From the NCBI GenBank assembly GCA_037442745.1, contig JBBIPP010000002.1, positions 46,363-110,362 on the forward strand: a DNA stretch of 64,000 bases. The letters are read 5' to 3'. This DNA is from an archaeon. GTDB taxonomy: Archaea > SpSt-1190 > DYHY01. Both the position numbers and the translations under genes were made by a program. Every line of letters starts with the position of its first letter. Position 1 is the stretch's first letter. Below, one piece after another: positions 35,401 to 44,060 of this stretch. The notes below the pieces were generated by a model that worked only from the letters and a program-made list of their open reading frames with translations, was not told the origin of the DNA and did not search any database.

Positions 35401-37185
35401 GTAAACAACGGAACTGATGCCCAGACACCGATTTCGACAGTCCGGCTCTGGTATAAGACGGCAACCCTTTCCGCAGGATCCTGCGGAAGCTACGGGAGCC
35501 AGACTCTCTTCCCTTCAGTACTGAACGCAACGAGCTATATTTCAGCTTCAGACTTGACGTGCTACAATCTGACGCTCGAATCAGTCAATGTGGCGGGCCT
35601 CGGGACGAACGCGACTGGCTCAAACATTGCCATAATTGACGCAACTCCTCCGAAAACCCAGATAACCTCCCCAACCGAGGGCGCGACTGTAAATTCAGAA
35701 TATTTCTCAATCACAGGAACTGCATCTGACGCAGGTTCCGGAGTCTCAAAAGTCTGGGTATCTTACAACGGCGGAGAATCTTGGGCAATTGCGACAGGCA
35801 CAACTGCCTGGACATACACAAGCCCGGACGGAGTTGTTCCCAAGGGCTCTGCGACAATTGTCGCAATTGCCGAGGACAACGCGGGAAACAACTATACTGA
35901 GCAGATATCCGGGTCCGCCGAGAGCTTCGCCGCAGGGATACCAGACGACGGACTGCCTGACTCGGTAACAAACTGGACGTCCGAATACGCAACCGCCCTC
36001 CACTTGACAGAGGACCCGACACACGGAGCATATGCAATAAAGTATTATTCCAACTCATCCTCGACCAATCCATATGTCCATCACGGATATCCGACATTCG
36101 CATCCCCGATTGCCGGAAAGACTTTTTATTTCTCCGCGGACATGAAGGCAACAAGCGCATTGTCTGCTCCAATAAGAATGAGTTGCTGGAACGGGACCGC
36201 AAACACCGACTTTTCCCCCGCCATTTCCGCCGGACTGACAACTAGCTATCAAAGGTTCAAGGGGACGAAAACGCAGGGAGAATTGTGCATAGACAGGCCC
36301 CAAATAATGATTTACTCAACTACCTCGGCCAACATCACAGTTGACAACATAATCCTCGCTCAGGCAGTGAACGTAACCGGGCAAGGAACCGCCCCGACAG
36401 CAGCGCCCAGCAACGTCACTTTCAACGGGGACGGCTCGAACATCTCAAGCAGCCTTTCATTCCCATTCAATGTGACTGTCTCCGACCTTGACGGAGGCGC
36501 TGACCTTGACTGCGACGGCACAATAACCAAATGCAACGTTACCTGCTGGTCGAATTCCCTCTCAAGCGAGGGGGCTCCCCTCAACTGGGACAAGCTGACT
36601 ACTGCCCTCCAAAACCACACTCTTCCGAGCGGGAACTATCTCAACATCTCCGCAAGCGTCCAGCCCTATGTGTATTCAAAGCCGGGAGACTGGACCTGCA
36701 AGGCATATTTCACTGACAAGGCGTCCAAGATCGGAACTGTGAACACTACAGTCAACTTTAGCATTTCCCCCGGAGAGCCAATAACATACGGAGGATGCGG
36801 CTTCGCCGGAGCCCCCGGAGCGACGAACGTGCCCGGAAACTGCCCCGGAAACTCTTCCCACATAAACATAACAATAGCCTCGCCAATTGACCAGGTTTTG
36901 TGGATAAAGGCGTCACGAGCGAACTGGACAACTCTTCCCGAGCCCGGAAGCACTTTTGGAATAGGGAACATGACATTCGGCATCTCTACCTGCCCGAACT
37001 CGCTCAAGGTCAACGAGACATGGCAGAAGCTCTCAGAAAGCCCGACAACAAGAGGGACATATCCGAACCCGAACAACTTTACAATGCACCTCTGCCTGTC
37101 CCTTCCGGACGGAATTCCTGCCGGGACTTATTACACGAACTTTACAATAATGGCAAGGCTCCCGACAGACCCTGCCCCAGAATAA
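32425..37185 (+). CDS. Large secreted adhesin-like protein: Cys knot, Thr linker, disulfide FN3-like repeats, duplicated CBM-like domain, shared C-terminal module
   Basis: Signal peptide; D(T/N/L)SAP repeats with TNGTD..SG and CY.Y; LNLDFETG...ADNL jelly-roll-like domain present twice; ends LSLPDGIPAGTYYTNFTI. Confidence 0.8.
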   Translation: MSELLKRKMGFLFLTFLFLALLTLFQEAVPGYSDSCSITGTVDYGTRRCDGWSGCSPTSPVGAPCTCWFYGDSCPCGCQSGYSLPCGDLCASGRCNPCSTTTTSSTTSTTVTTTTTSSTTSTTVTTTIPICSESSTVVVKVDTSAPTGSSISSPEYSGIITQITLTNGTDAHSGLASTQLAYETATLSNNVCGSFSGATVIGNNPGSPYYHSTILDGTCYRYNFTNTNLAGRTSLVSSTTKVDMTPPNSTISYPVSGMHLKGSITVSGTAQDLPLYSGVKNVTFWNGTNWTSVTGTTSWTKGVDTATVADGVYYFVSDSYDNGEVSETVPNEGILNLDFETGTPPAPPTYWTSNLVGNWNLTTGDRIPGPGTKSINGSTTGTSSWICTDAKDYGTSVAGYTFNLTGYLKPVGMSALANILIIFQNSTQAEIGRKVAQTVTGNSNWTFVYASMAAPAGTTRVVVCIDRFAGTGYVLADNLAITRSDRKNTATSETVPNEGILNLDFETGTPPAPPTYWTSNLVGNWNLTTGDRIPGPGTKSINGSTTGTSSWICTDAKDYGTSVAGYTFNLTGYLKPVGMSALANILIIFQNSTQAEIGRKVAQTVTGNSNWTFVYASMAAPAGTTRVVVCIDRFAGTGYVLADNLAITRSDRKNTVTVTFDNSAPSAGTVSVPAYNLSNWIIATITNGTDALSGVSNTTLWVNETTYSSGVCGAVGTVSINSTNPTGSYNHTGLTTGCYGYILTTTDRSGNSANSTQVYSRIDLSAPSEATAPSCPSYDGDGNFSLTWGTGTDPDSGVSENRLWVRNYTSLTGDLCGSAQSWESVSTSTGTTAINFRTSGCYEYKIQTTNNVGKDANSTTCITKVDTSAPSQGTLGLSAYSNSTAYGITITNGTDGNTSIANTTLERAEGTLSGDVCSSYSVWSVIATSPANPYSESGRTTKCYKYRLNITNAAGLVNSSVEYEIKVDTTAPTGVSLTTPTGYIKGTTIKLIVNNGTDAQTPISTVRLWYKTATLSAGSCGSYGSQTLFPSVLNATSYISASDLTCYNLTLESVNVAGLGTNATGSNIAIIDATPPKTQITSPTEGATVNSEYFSITGTASDAGSGVSKVWVSYNGGESWAIATGTTAWTYTSPDGVVPKGSATIVAIAEDNAGNNYTEQISGSAESFAAGIPDDGLPDSVTNWTSEYATALHLTEDPTHGAYAIKYYSNSSSTNPYVHHGYPTFASPIAGKTFYFSADMKATSALSAPIRMSCWNGTANTDFSPAISAGLTTSYQRFKGTKTQGELCIDRPQIMIYSTTSANITVDNIILAQAVNVTGQGTAPTAAPSNVTFNGDGSNISSSLSFPFNVTVSDLDGGADLDCDGTITKCNVTCWSNSLSSEGAPLNWDKLTTALQNHTLPSGNYLNISASVQPYVYSKPGDWTCKAYFTDKASKIGTVNTTVNFSISPGEPITYGGCGFAGAPGATNVPGNCPGNSSHINITIASPIDQVLWIKASRANWTTLPEPGSTFGIGNMTFGISTCPNSLKVNETWQKLSESPTTRGTYPNPNNFTMHLCLSLPDGIPAGTYYTNFTIMARLPTDPAPE
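32725..32806 (+). repeat. 39-bp tandem repeat (about 2 copies) encoding a Thr/Ser linker
   Basis: Unit acaacaacctcttcaacaacttccacaacagtcacaaca starts at 32725 and 32764. Confidence 0.9.
33399..34390 (+). repeat. Exact tandem duplication, 494 bp (33399-33892 and 33897-34390), period 498 bp
   Basis: Identical DNA separated by 4 nt; duplicates a 166-aa CBM-like domain in frame. Confidence 0.95.
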
Positions 37186-37219
37186 ATTGAAAAGGAGAAG
37201 AAGACGAACGGAAAAGAAA

Positions 37220-37738
37220 ATGAAAAACGCGCCAGTGACATTCGCCATTTTCCTGCTTTTACTCTCAACTCCCGCTTTTTCCGGGTCAAGCATATCTCCA
37301 TTCAGGGCCGATTATAACGTCACTGTTGGCAAGCCCTTTGATATCGAGTTCATAATTGCAAACACAGGAAAGGATGCGAATTTCGCCCTAACTCTTGCCG
37401 GAACAGCAAAGGAGTATGGAGTCCTCCTTGACGGAACATCTGTCAATATACCAGAGAAAAGCTCAAAGAGAATGAAGCTCCGGGTAATCCTTCCGACAGA
37501 GGGCAATGCGACCGAATATTATGCGGAAATTATTGCAAAGAGAGATGGCGCGTTCTCCGGAGTTGGCTCGACTGGCGGAGTCGGGATTGAGACAAGCATT
37601 AGCGCAATATACAAGCTCAACCCAGTTGCCAAGGTCGGCCGTCAGAACATTCTCACACAGCCAGTAACATATTTCGGAGGATTGGTAATACTTGTCCTTG
37701 TTGGAGTAGTTTTCGTTCTTCTACGGGTTTTCCGCTAA
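37220..37738 (+). CDS. Small Ig-like protein with C-terminal TM anchor (paralog 1 of 3)
   Basis: Signal peptide ...PAFSG, then SSISPFRADY...EFIIAN...F...GTA; C-terminal TM. ATG at 37220. Confidence 0.75.
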   Translation: MKNAPVTFAIFLLLLSTPAFSGSSISPFRADYNVTVGKPFDIEFIIANTGKDANFALTLAGTAKEYGVLLDGTSVNIPEKSSKRMKLRVILPTEGNATEYYAEIIAKRDGAFSGVGSTGGVGIETSISAIYKLNPVAKVGRQNILTQPVTYFGGLVILVLVGVVFVLLRVFR

Positions 37739-37804
37739 AACCATTTTAGCCCAATTGCCAGAAAATCCTCCCCTATAAAATAGGCCAGAAACTCCCAAAA
37801 GACA

Positions 37805-37818
37805 ACCTTTTTTATAGT
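37805..37818 (+). promoter_or_regulatory. Candidate TATA box for the 835-aa gene
   Basis: TTTTTATA about 25 nt upstream of ATG 37843, the spacing typical of leaderless archaeal transcripts. Confidence 0.5.
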
Positions 37819-37842
37819 GCTGACATCTAGTACAATTGGAAA

Positions 37843-40350
37843 ATGGCCAAATATCAGTCAAAAATCAGTTTTGCGCTTGTTTTCGCGCTATTAATAATCG
37901 GAATCGGCTTTTCAGATGTTGGCGCAAACGTAAGCGTAACAAATGAAGCTCCTTATCAACCAACAACCGCCGATCCCCCAATAATCTATGTCCATTCCCT
38001 GAATGTTCCAAGCTATGTATTCACAAGGGGAGTTGATCTCAACGGCGACACTGTCAAGACAATTTTCGACATTGGGACAAGCGCATACGGGGGGACTGAA
38101 TGCGCGAACGCGGCAACTGAAAACAGCTATGCTACACAAGGGTCGGCGACAAACCTTAACTTGATGGACACAACGCCACCATTTTGCACATACACTTACA
38201 GCGCATCTACAGGCTCAAACGTGACGAAGAACTATTACTATACATTGAAATCAATCGACTTTCCCGGAACGCAGAACAACACACATCCCCTGAACTTTAC
38301 GGTAACTCTCTATAACGCGCAACCGGGAGCCCCGTCCGCCCTGAATGTCTCCGAATCCTCGCCAGCCCCTGTCGCCCCCCCAACAGTATCCTTCACCGGA
38401 GTGACCGATCCTGACGGAGACTCTGTCACATATTATGCGACTGTCGGAACAACCTCAGGAGCGTCAAACGTCCTCCCAAAGACGGCTGTCGCGCCCTCGG
38501 GATTCTCAATACCGAACGCCCTTCTCTACGGGCCGGGAGAGAGCAGAAACACGACAACGCGCTCCGAAACAAGATATTATGTAAGGATCTATACGAGCGA
38601 CGGGACATATGCGAACGGGGCAGGGAACTCGAACTCCTCGAACTATGACGCCTCATTCAACATAACTAACAACAGGCCCAACATAACAATGACTGCGAAC
38701 AATGCGTCAACCTCGTCAACTGCAGCGGCGCTCGGAGCAAAAGTAAAATTCAACGTGACCTTTACGGACGCCGACTCTGCCGACTCTTCGGGAACATTCA
38801 CTCTCAGGGTCTGCTCCTCAAACTCGGCAACATCCTCAGGGTGCTCGGAATACCAGTTCTGCACTTCGACTAGAACCGGGGCCGGGACAGTTGACTGCAA
38901 CTATACTACCCAGGAATCTGACGGGAATTCGAACACAACCTATGCTTTCATCTGGGACCAGAGAGGCCTTCCTGTTGACACATCGAACACAACTGCCTCG
39001 ACATTCTACGTTGACCAAGGTATAACTTTCTCAGGAATGAGCTTTGGTAGGAACGGCGGATACGGAACGTTCGTCAACGGCGACACAATAAACTGCACAG
39101 GAACAGTCTCCTCAGGGGACGGAGTAGTTACTGATGTCAGGGCAATAGTTTACGGGCCCCTCGGCTCTGCATCAGACCCCAACTACATCAGCGCGAACCT
39201 TTCCGGAAGCTGTTCAGGAGCCTCATGGTCCGGAGCGGGAAAGAGCTGCAGCGCAACTTTTGTCCTTGCTACAACCGGAACAGACCAGTTCTCAGACACC
39301 TGCCAGCACAGAATTGGAACTTGGACTTGCTTCCTCAATGCAACAAACATTTTCGGGGTAAATAAGACCGGGAACCCATCAGTTACCGGAACGAACACTC
39401 TTGTCAATTCCGCTCCCTCAATTGCCGGGGGAATGGTTGCTTGGACCGGGGACACAACAATTTCCCTTGTTTCGACATCCGGAATCTGGACAAGGACTCC
39501 GAAAGGAATGAACGCGACATATTCCGATTTGGACGGCTATAACGACGTGAACGCATCCACCTGCGCCTCCAACGCATGCAGGATTTATTGCAGGAACCTT
39601 GGGACTGTTGACAACGCAACCGCCCTCGACTCGTTCTGGAATTTTTCAATAAAGAACTTCAGTACTGGTGACGGGGACAACTTTGTCGGAGGGACCGGAT
39701 GCCAGTACGGAGGGACAGGAACCCGGACAATCGGGTTGCTTCCGACCTTTGAATCGGCCTCAAACAACGGGAGCTGGGCTTGCTATCTCAGGATTGCCGA
39801 CAACGGAGGACTATATGACTGGACGAGCGCAGGGACAACATTCACAGTAAACGAGCATGTTGCTTTCAATGTCGATGACTCCGGGGACACCTGGCCAGCC
39901 CTCTCAACGCTCTCCTACGTCTTTTCAGGCTCTCCCGGAGCCAGATATACAGCGACAATTCCCAACACTAACGGGCAATATGCAGTATACCACTACATAT
40001 CCAACTCAATAGGGAATGTCAGGTATTCTGGACCAGCATTCACAAGGGGGGCTGACGGGGCAGTAACAATAGGAATAGCGAATCTTACTGTCGGGGCGTC
40101 TTCTGCAACGACAATTGACTGCGCGAGCGAGACATATAACTCGACATGCAGGCAGATGAACGCCAATTACCGGCTAATTTGGGGGCTGAACAACACCTAC
40201 CAGAATCCGGTAACAAGCTATCCAATTGGCGAGAAGAGGTATATTGACGCGGCTCTGATAATTCCCGTCGGGACGCCGACTGGAAGCTATAACACAACGT
40301 TCTCGTTCGACTATTGCCTGACGGGAAATCCGCTATGTGTTGACGAATAA
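37843..40350 (+). CDS. Secreted Cys-rich multi-Ig protein, candidate major subunit
   Basis: Signal peptide ...GFS; N-x-x-P domain starts; C-terminal region homologous to 32425..37185 (SDLDG, G.W.C, FSGSPGA, IGIANLT, IPVGTPTGSY); no TM anchor. Confidence 0.8.
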   Translation: MAKYQSKISFALVFALLIIGIGFSDVGANVSVTNEAPYQPTTADPPIIYVHSLNVPSYVFTRGVDLNGDTVKTIFDIGTSAYGGTECANAATENSYATQGSATNLNLMDTTPPFCTYTYSASTGSNVTKNYYYTLKSIDFPGTQNNTHPLNFTVTLYNAQPGAPSALNVSESSPAPVAPPTVSFTGVTDPDGDSVTYYATVGTTSGASNVLPKTAVAPSGFSIPNALLYGPGESRNTTTRSETRYYVRIYTSDGTYANGAGNSNSSNYDASFNITNNRPNITMTANNASTSSTAAALGAKVKFNVTFTDADSADSSGTFTLRVCSSNSATSSGCSEYQFCTSTRTGAGTVDCNYTTQESDGNSNTTYAFIWDQRGLPVDTSNTTASTFYVDQGITFSGMSFGRNGGYGTFVNGDTINCTGTVSSGDGVVTDVRAIVYGPLGSASDPNYISANLSGSCSGASWSGAGKSCSATFVLATTGTDQFSDTCQHRIGTWTCFLNATNIFGVNKTGNPSVTGTNTLVNSAPSIAGGMVAWTGDTTISLVSTSGIWTRTPKGMNATYSDLDGYNDVNASTCASNACRIYCRNLGTVDNATALDSFWNFSIKNFSTGDGDNFVGGTGCQYGGTGTRTIGLLPTFESASNNGSWACYLRIADNGGLYDWTSAGTTFTVNEHVAFNVDDSGDTWPALSTLSYVFSGSPGARYTATIPNTNGQYAVYHYISNSIGNVRYSGPAFTRGADGAVTIGIANLTVGASSATTIDCASETYNSTCRQMNANYRLIWGLNNTYQNPVTSYPIGEKRYIDAALIIPVGTPTGSYNTTFSFDYCLTGNPLCVDE

Positions 40351-40378
40351 TAAAAGAATATAAATGAGGGAAACTTAG

Positions 40379-41053
40379 ATGGAAAAGAAAATGACACGGA
40401 CAGGCGCATATGCAACTGTTGCCTTTTTGTTCGCAGTGGCATTCGTGCTATCCGCGGGATTCTCTGGGATGGGCCTCACTCCAGCATCAGGGACATACAA
40501 TTTCACAAAGCAAGGCGGAACAATCCAATTCGTTGTCTCGAACCTGAACAATTATGAAACGGAGTTCTCGATAAAGCCCTATGGCACTGCGTCTGACGGA
40601 AACAGGTATATTTCGAAAATAACTCCCGGAGACAAAGTAACTGTCAAGCCGAACGATTTCAAGGTATTTTATCTTCATGTGACGCCAGACGAGACAGTTG
40701 AATACGGGCGCAGGTATATTATCGGAATACAGGTGAAGAACACAGGAGCGCTTGGGCCCGGCGGAGCCGGAGAGGGAATTGGCGTCTCCGGCCTTGAGAG
40801 CGCGTCCGCAGGCTTCTACATTCATTTCGAGAACAAGGGGACAACCATTAACTACGGCGGGTTCGAGGAGGAGTCGACAAGGCGCCTTCATGAGAGAATG
40901 AACCAAAAGCCCAACCATCTCCCCCTAATTCTTTCAATAATCCTAGTAGCCTTGCTCTTGGGTCTGCTCGTCTTCTTCCTCGTAAAGAGGAAAAAGGACA
41001 GCGATGACGGAGGAGAGGAAATTGTATATTCCGGGGGAAAGGGACCGAATTAG
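40379..41053 (+). CDS. Small Ig-like protein with C-terminal TM anchor (paralog 2 of 3)
   Basis: ...GFSGMGLTPASGTY...GGTIQFVVSN...EF...GTA; TM followed by KRKK. Confidence 0.8.
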   Translation: MEKKMTRTGAYATVAFLFAVAFVLSAGFSGMGLTPASGTYNFTKQGGTIQFVVSNLNNYETEFSIKPYGTASDGNRYISKITPGDKVTVKPNDFKVFYLHVTPDETVEYGRRYIIGIQVKNTGALGPGGAGEGIGVSGLESASAGFYIHFENKGTTINYGGFEEESTRRLHERMNQKPNHLPLILSIILVALLLGLLVFFLVKRKKDSDDGGEEIVYSGGKGPN

Positions 41054-42011
41054 GAACCTCTCCGTCCGGATTGACTCAAGAGGCGCGGCAATTATTTTCT
41101 GTGCCCTCGGAGCGTTTCTTTTTCTCTCACATTTCCTCGCAGTTCTTGGCTTTTCGGACAATTCAACTGACTTTGGACATGGGAACAAGAAAGGCGTCCT
41201 GAACGTACCGCCGAAAATAATAGAGATTTTCTCGACAGCATCCTCGGCAGGCAAGGAAACCCTGTTCACAATAACCGCGTTCGACGGGAACAGCGGATAT
41301 GACATTTGCACCAAGGGCGCGTTATGCAATGCCAGCTGTTCCTTTGCAGAGATCTTCTCGCCCGAGAGCCAGGGAAGGGCAATTCTCGAATGCGATGAGT
41401 CCTCCTGCAAAGTCTTCGGCCAGTTCGTTGCAACTGACAGCACCCCTGCCTGGGACCCGAAAACATCCCAGCTTGTTGCAAAAGTCCCGTTTTCCCGGAA
41501 CGCAAAAGTTGGCAGATGGAACTGCGAAATAGCGATTTCCGACAATTCCGGGGAACTCGACACGAAGAGCTATTCAATATACCTGCGCCCGGAGAACGAT
41601 TCTTCCAGATTACTGAATTTCTATCAGAAAATATTCTTCTCGGTAATTGTCCCCCTAATAGCCCTGTTCGCAATAGCCCACCAACTCTTCAGGATTGCGT
41701 CAAGGAGGCTCTCAGTTGTCGACTGGGAAGAGGAGATTCGTAGCTATATTGAGGCAAAGGCGCACATCTCATTCATTGAAAGGGAGTTTGAAAACGAGCT
41801 TGAGCGGAGGAAGGCTGAGAGAATATACGGGCTACTTTCGGGCGCAAAGGCATCATTCTCAAAAGGAGACTATTCCGGGACGCTATGGCTCTCCAGGTCA
41901 ATTGAGGGGGAACTGGCGCGCGACTCGGAGAAAATACACATACCAAAGCGCCTCCTTTCCTTCCCCGAGAAGCTAAAAGTCTTTTCAAACGCCCTCTTCA
42001 GGCGAAATTAA
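41004..42011 (+). CDS. Membrane protein carrying one copy of the cluster's G-x-W-x-C domain and a helical cytoplasmic tail
   Basis: N-terminal hydrophobic segment ...GFS; NVPP; DGNSGYDIC...CNASC...GRWNCEIAISDNSG; TM; start uncertain (50-nt overlap). Confidence 0.7.
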   Translation: MTEERKLYIPGERDRIRNLSVRIDSRGAAIIFCALGAFLFLSHFLAVLGFSDNSTDFGHGNKKGVLNVPPKIIEIFSTASSAGKETLFTITAFDGNSGYDICTKGALCNASCSFAEIFSPESQGRAILECDESSCKVFGQFVATDSTPAWDPKTSQLVAKVPFSRNAKVGRWNCEIAISDNSGELDTKSYSIYLRPENDSSRLLNFYQKIFFSVIVPLIALFAIAHQLFRIASRRLSVVDWEEEIRSYIEAKAHISFIEREFENELERRKAERIYGLLSGAKASFSKGDYSGTLWLSRSIEGELARDSEKIHIPKRLLSFPEKLKVFSNALFRRN

Positions 42012-42069
42012 CGGGAAAAAAGACGACCAACAGAAAACTTTTATAATATGGCGGATTATGGGGAAACCA

Positions 42070-42618
42070 ATGGCCGACAAAATTGCATATTCGAGAATCA
42101 CGACAATTGCCATAATCTTCATTGCAATTCTACTCGTTCCAGCATTCTCTTCAGCTGGAATCTCGATAACGCCAGCTTCCGGAGAATACTCAATAAGAAA
42201 GTCCGGAGGCAGGATGGATTTCCTTGTTACAAACTATGCAGATTATACAGAGACCTTCACATTCACCCTTTCTGGAGATGGCGCTGCATACTCATCTGTG
42301 ACTCCGACATTCGAGACAATAGGCCCGGGAGAGACTAAAAAATTCACAGTAATAATAAGCCCGTCCAACTCGGAATACAACCGCAGGTATTCGCTTGTCG
42401 CGTCAGCCGAATCAGAATCTAGCAGGGCTTCAGGAACAGTATCAATTGTTTTCAAGGACGAGGTAGGGGAGAGCAAATACACTCTCTCGGAAATTCCTCC
42501 AAACTCCCTCAAAGGAGAAACCAGCTTGACAAACCGCCTCTTCACGTTCTTTGCAGCAACGCTCCTTGTGGGAATAGGAATTTACCTGATAAAATCAAGG
42601 GGCCCTTGGAAGGACTAG
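42070..42618 (+). CDS. Small Ig-like protein with C-terminal TM anchor (paralog 3 of 3)
   Basis: ...AFSSAGISITPASGEY...GGRMDFLVTN...F...GDG; C-terminal TM. ATG at 42070 (or 42058); TTTTATAA lies just upstream. Confidence 0.8.
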   Translation: MADKIAYSRITTIAIIFIAILLVPAFSSAGISITPASGEYSIRKSGGRMDFLVTNYADYTETFTFTLSGDGAAYSSVTPTFETIGPGETKKFTVIISPSNSEYNRRYSLVASAESESSRASGTVSIVFKDEVGESKYTLSEIPPNSLKGETSLTNRLFTFFAATLLVGIGIYLIKSRGPWKD

Positions 42619-42677
42619 ACATTTTTCGGATTGGACCGATGAAAGGCGAGCTTCCAGTTTCAAAACATTGGGTTTTT

Positions 42678-43454
42678 TCACACACCAATTGAGACGCTCG
42701 CAGTGTTTCTTATACCCGGCCCGAGGCCAACCAAGAGCATTGCGACATAGAGGATTTTCTTCTCGCTTTTCGAGAATCCTTTGTAGCTCTCCGAGAACAA
42801 AACCAAGGCTGAAATTCCTACAATCTTCACAATGAAAAAGAGGGCAGGTCCCCCAATTGACATCAAAAGCCTTGCGAAAACGTGCTCCTCGAAATACCCG
42901 AAATAGCTGACTGCGACAAAAGTCGATGAAGCGTCGAAAACATGCGCCAAGACTATTGCCTTGGCCTCCCGGGAAAGCTTCCTCTTCAGGAGGGGAAGGA
43001 GGATTTTTATTAGCACTAACGAAGATAGCCCGGCAAGACAGAGAATAAGTAAGAGCCCAAAGAAATTGGAGAGTTTCAAAAATGCGAAAAGCCCCGCCGG
43101 AGCGAAAAGGAGCCACCCGAAAACCCGGGCTTTTTCGGAAAGAATCTTTCCTGAGAGAAAGAAGAGGGAGAACACGAGAATCCAAATCCCGGGAGTAATG
43201 AAAAGGAGCCTTATTGGCCATGAGCAGGGGAGAAAACAGCCGTCCTCAAGGCTTCTTGAGACTGCCCCGAGAAGAACAAAAGGGAGGATGTCTTTGAAAA
43301 TTTCGGAAACCTTTGTTTTCCTGAAATAACCGGTCTTCATTGCAAGAAACGAGAAAAACGCCAGGAGAACGGCAATCAGAACTGTTGTTGGTATTGTGTA
43401 TCCGGTTCCGTCCCTCATCGGGGCAATCAGACCCTCTTCCAGAAATCCCGCCAT
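42678..43454 (-). CDS. DUF63-family archaeal membrane protein
   Basis: GYT..TT, R.LED, ITPGI, AHVFDASST, GYFEEH, GLGPGIRN. Confidence 0.8.
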   Translation of the reverse strand: MAGFLEEGLIAPMRDGTGYTIPTTVLIAVLLAFFSFLAMKTGYFRKTKVSEIFKDILPFVLLGAVSRSLEDGCFLPCSWPIRLLFITPGIWILVFSLFFLSGKILSEKARVFGWLLFAPAGLFAFLKLSNFFGLLLILCLAGLSSLVLIKILLPLLKRKLSREAKAIVLAHVFDASSTFVAVSYFGYFEEHVFARLLMSIGGPALFFIVKIVGISALVLFSESYKGFSKSEKKILYVAMLLVGLGPGIRNTASVSIGV

Positions 43455-43478
43455 TTTCGCAAGGGAGCCTCCGGCGAG

Positions 43479-43919
43479 TTAGTGCATTTTCCTTCTCTCA
43501 AGCTCCCAGACAACAGATACTTGCTGGGCCATCAGGTCAATTTTGTCGGAGAGGACCTTCAATTTTTCCTCAATTCTCGCTAGCCGGTCTTCTGACGGGT
43601 TTATTTGCTGGGGAGAGAACTGCGGGCCCCCCGGCAGATTGTTAAAAGGAAAACCGGGCTGGGCGAAAATTGGCCTGTCAATTTGCTGGCTGTCTTGGGG
43701 CCTTGCAAAAGGAGGGGGAGAAGTTGAGCCGAAATTGTCATTTGAGGAGAATTTGGGAGCCATCGGGTTTCCCTGACCAAAGCTAGGACCTCCATCCGGT
43801 CGGCCCACCGGGTTTCCAACCGGCGGAGGCTCCGGCCCCATTTGCGGCGCATCCTGATTAATTGGCTGGACTGGCTGTTTTGGCTGGACAAATTTTGCAA
43901 GAAGGTCTTCAAGAGTCAT
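43479..43919 (-). CDS. Hypothetical Pro/Gln-rich protein with C-terminal coiled coil
   Basis: Low-complexity P/Q/G/F region, then RLARIEEKLKVLSDKIDLMAQQV heptads. Confidence 0.7.
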   Translation of the reverse strand: MTLEDLLAKFVQPKQPVQPINQDAPQMGPEPPPVGNPVGRPDGGPSFGQGNPMAPKFSSNDNFGSTSPPPFARPQDSQQIDRPIFAQPGFPFNNLPGGPQFSPQQINPSEDRLARIEEKLKVLSDKIDLMAQQVSVVWELERRKMH

Positions 43920-43970
43920 TTCAAAAGCCCAACACTTTCCTCAATTATATCCTTTTGCCAAAAAAAGGTT

Positions 43971-44060
43971 TTAGGACTTGGTTGTCACAATAAAGAAGAA
44001 AAAAGTTGCGACAATAACGAACGCAAATGTTTCGGCTGACACTCCGAAAAGCGAAATCAT
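43971..44060 (-). CDS. Putative 29-aa single-TM microprotein (not in the ORF track)
   Basis: MISLFGVSAETFAFVIVATFFFFIVTTKS; GAAAAG-TTTTTTATA (BRE/TATA-like) ends 26 nt upstream of the ATG. Confidence 0.5.
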   Translation of the reverse strand: MISLFGVSAETFAFVIVATFFFFIVTTKS

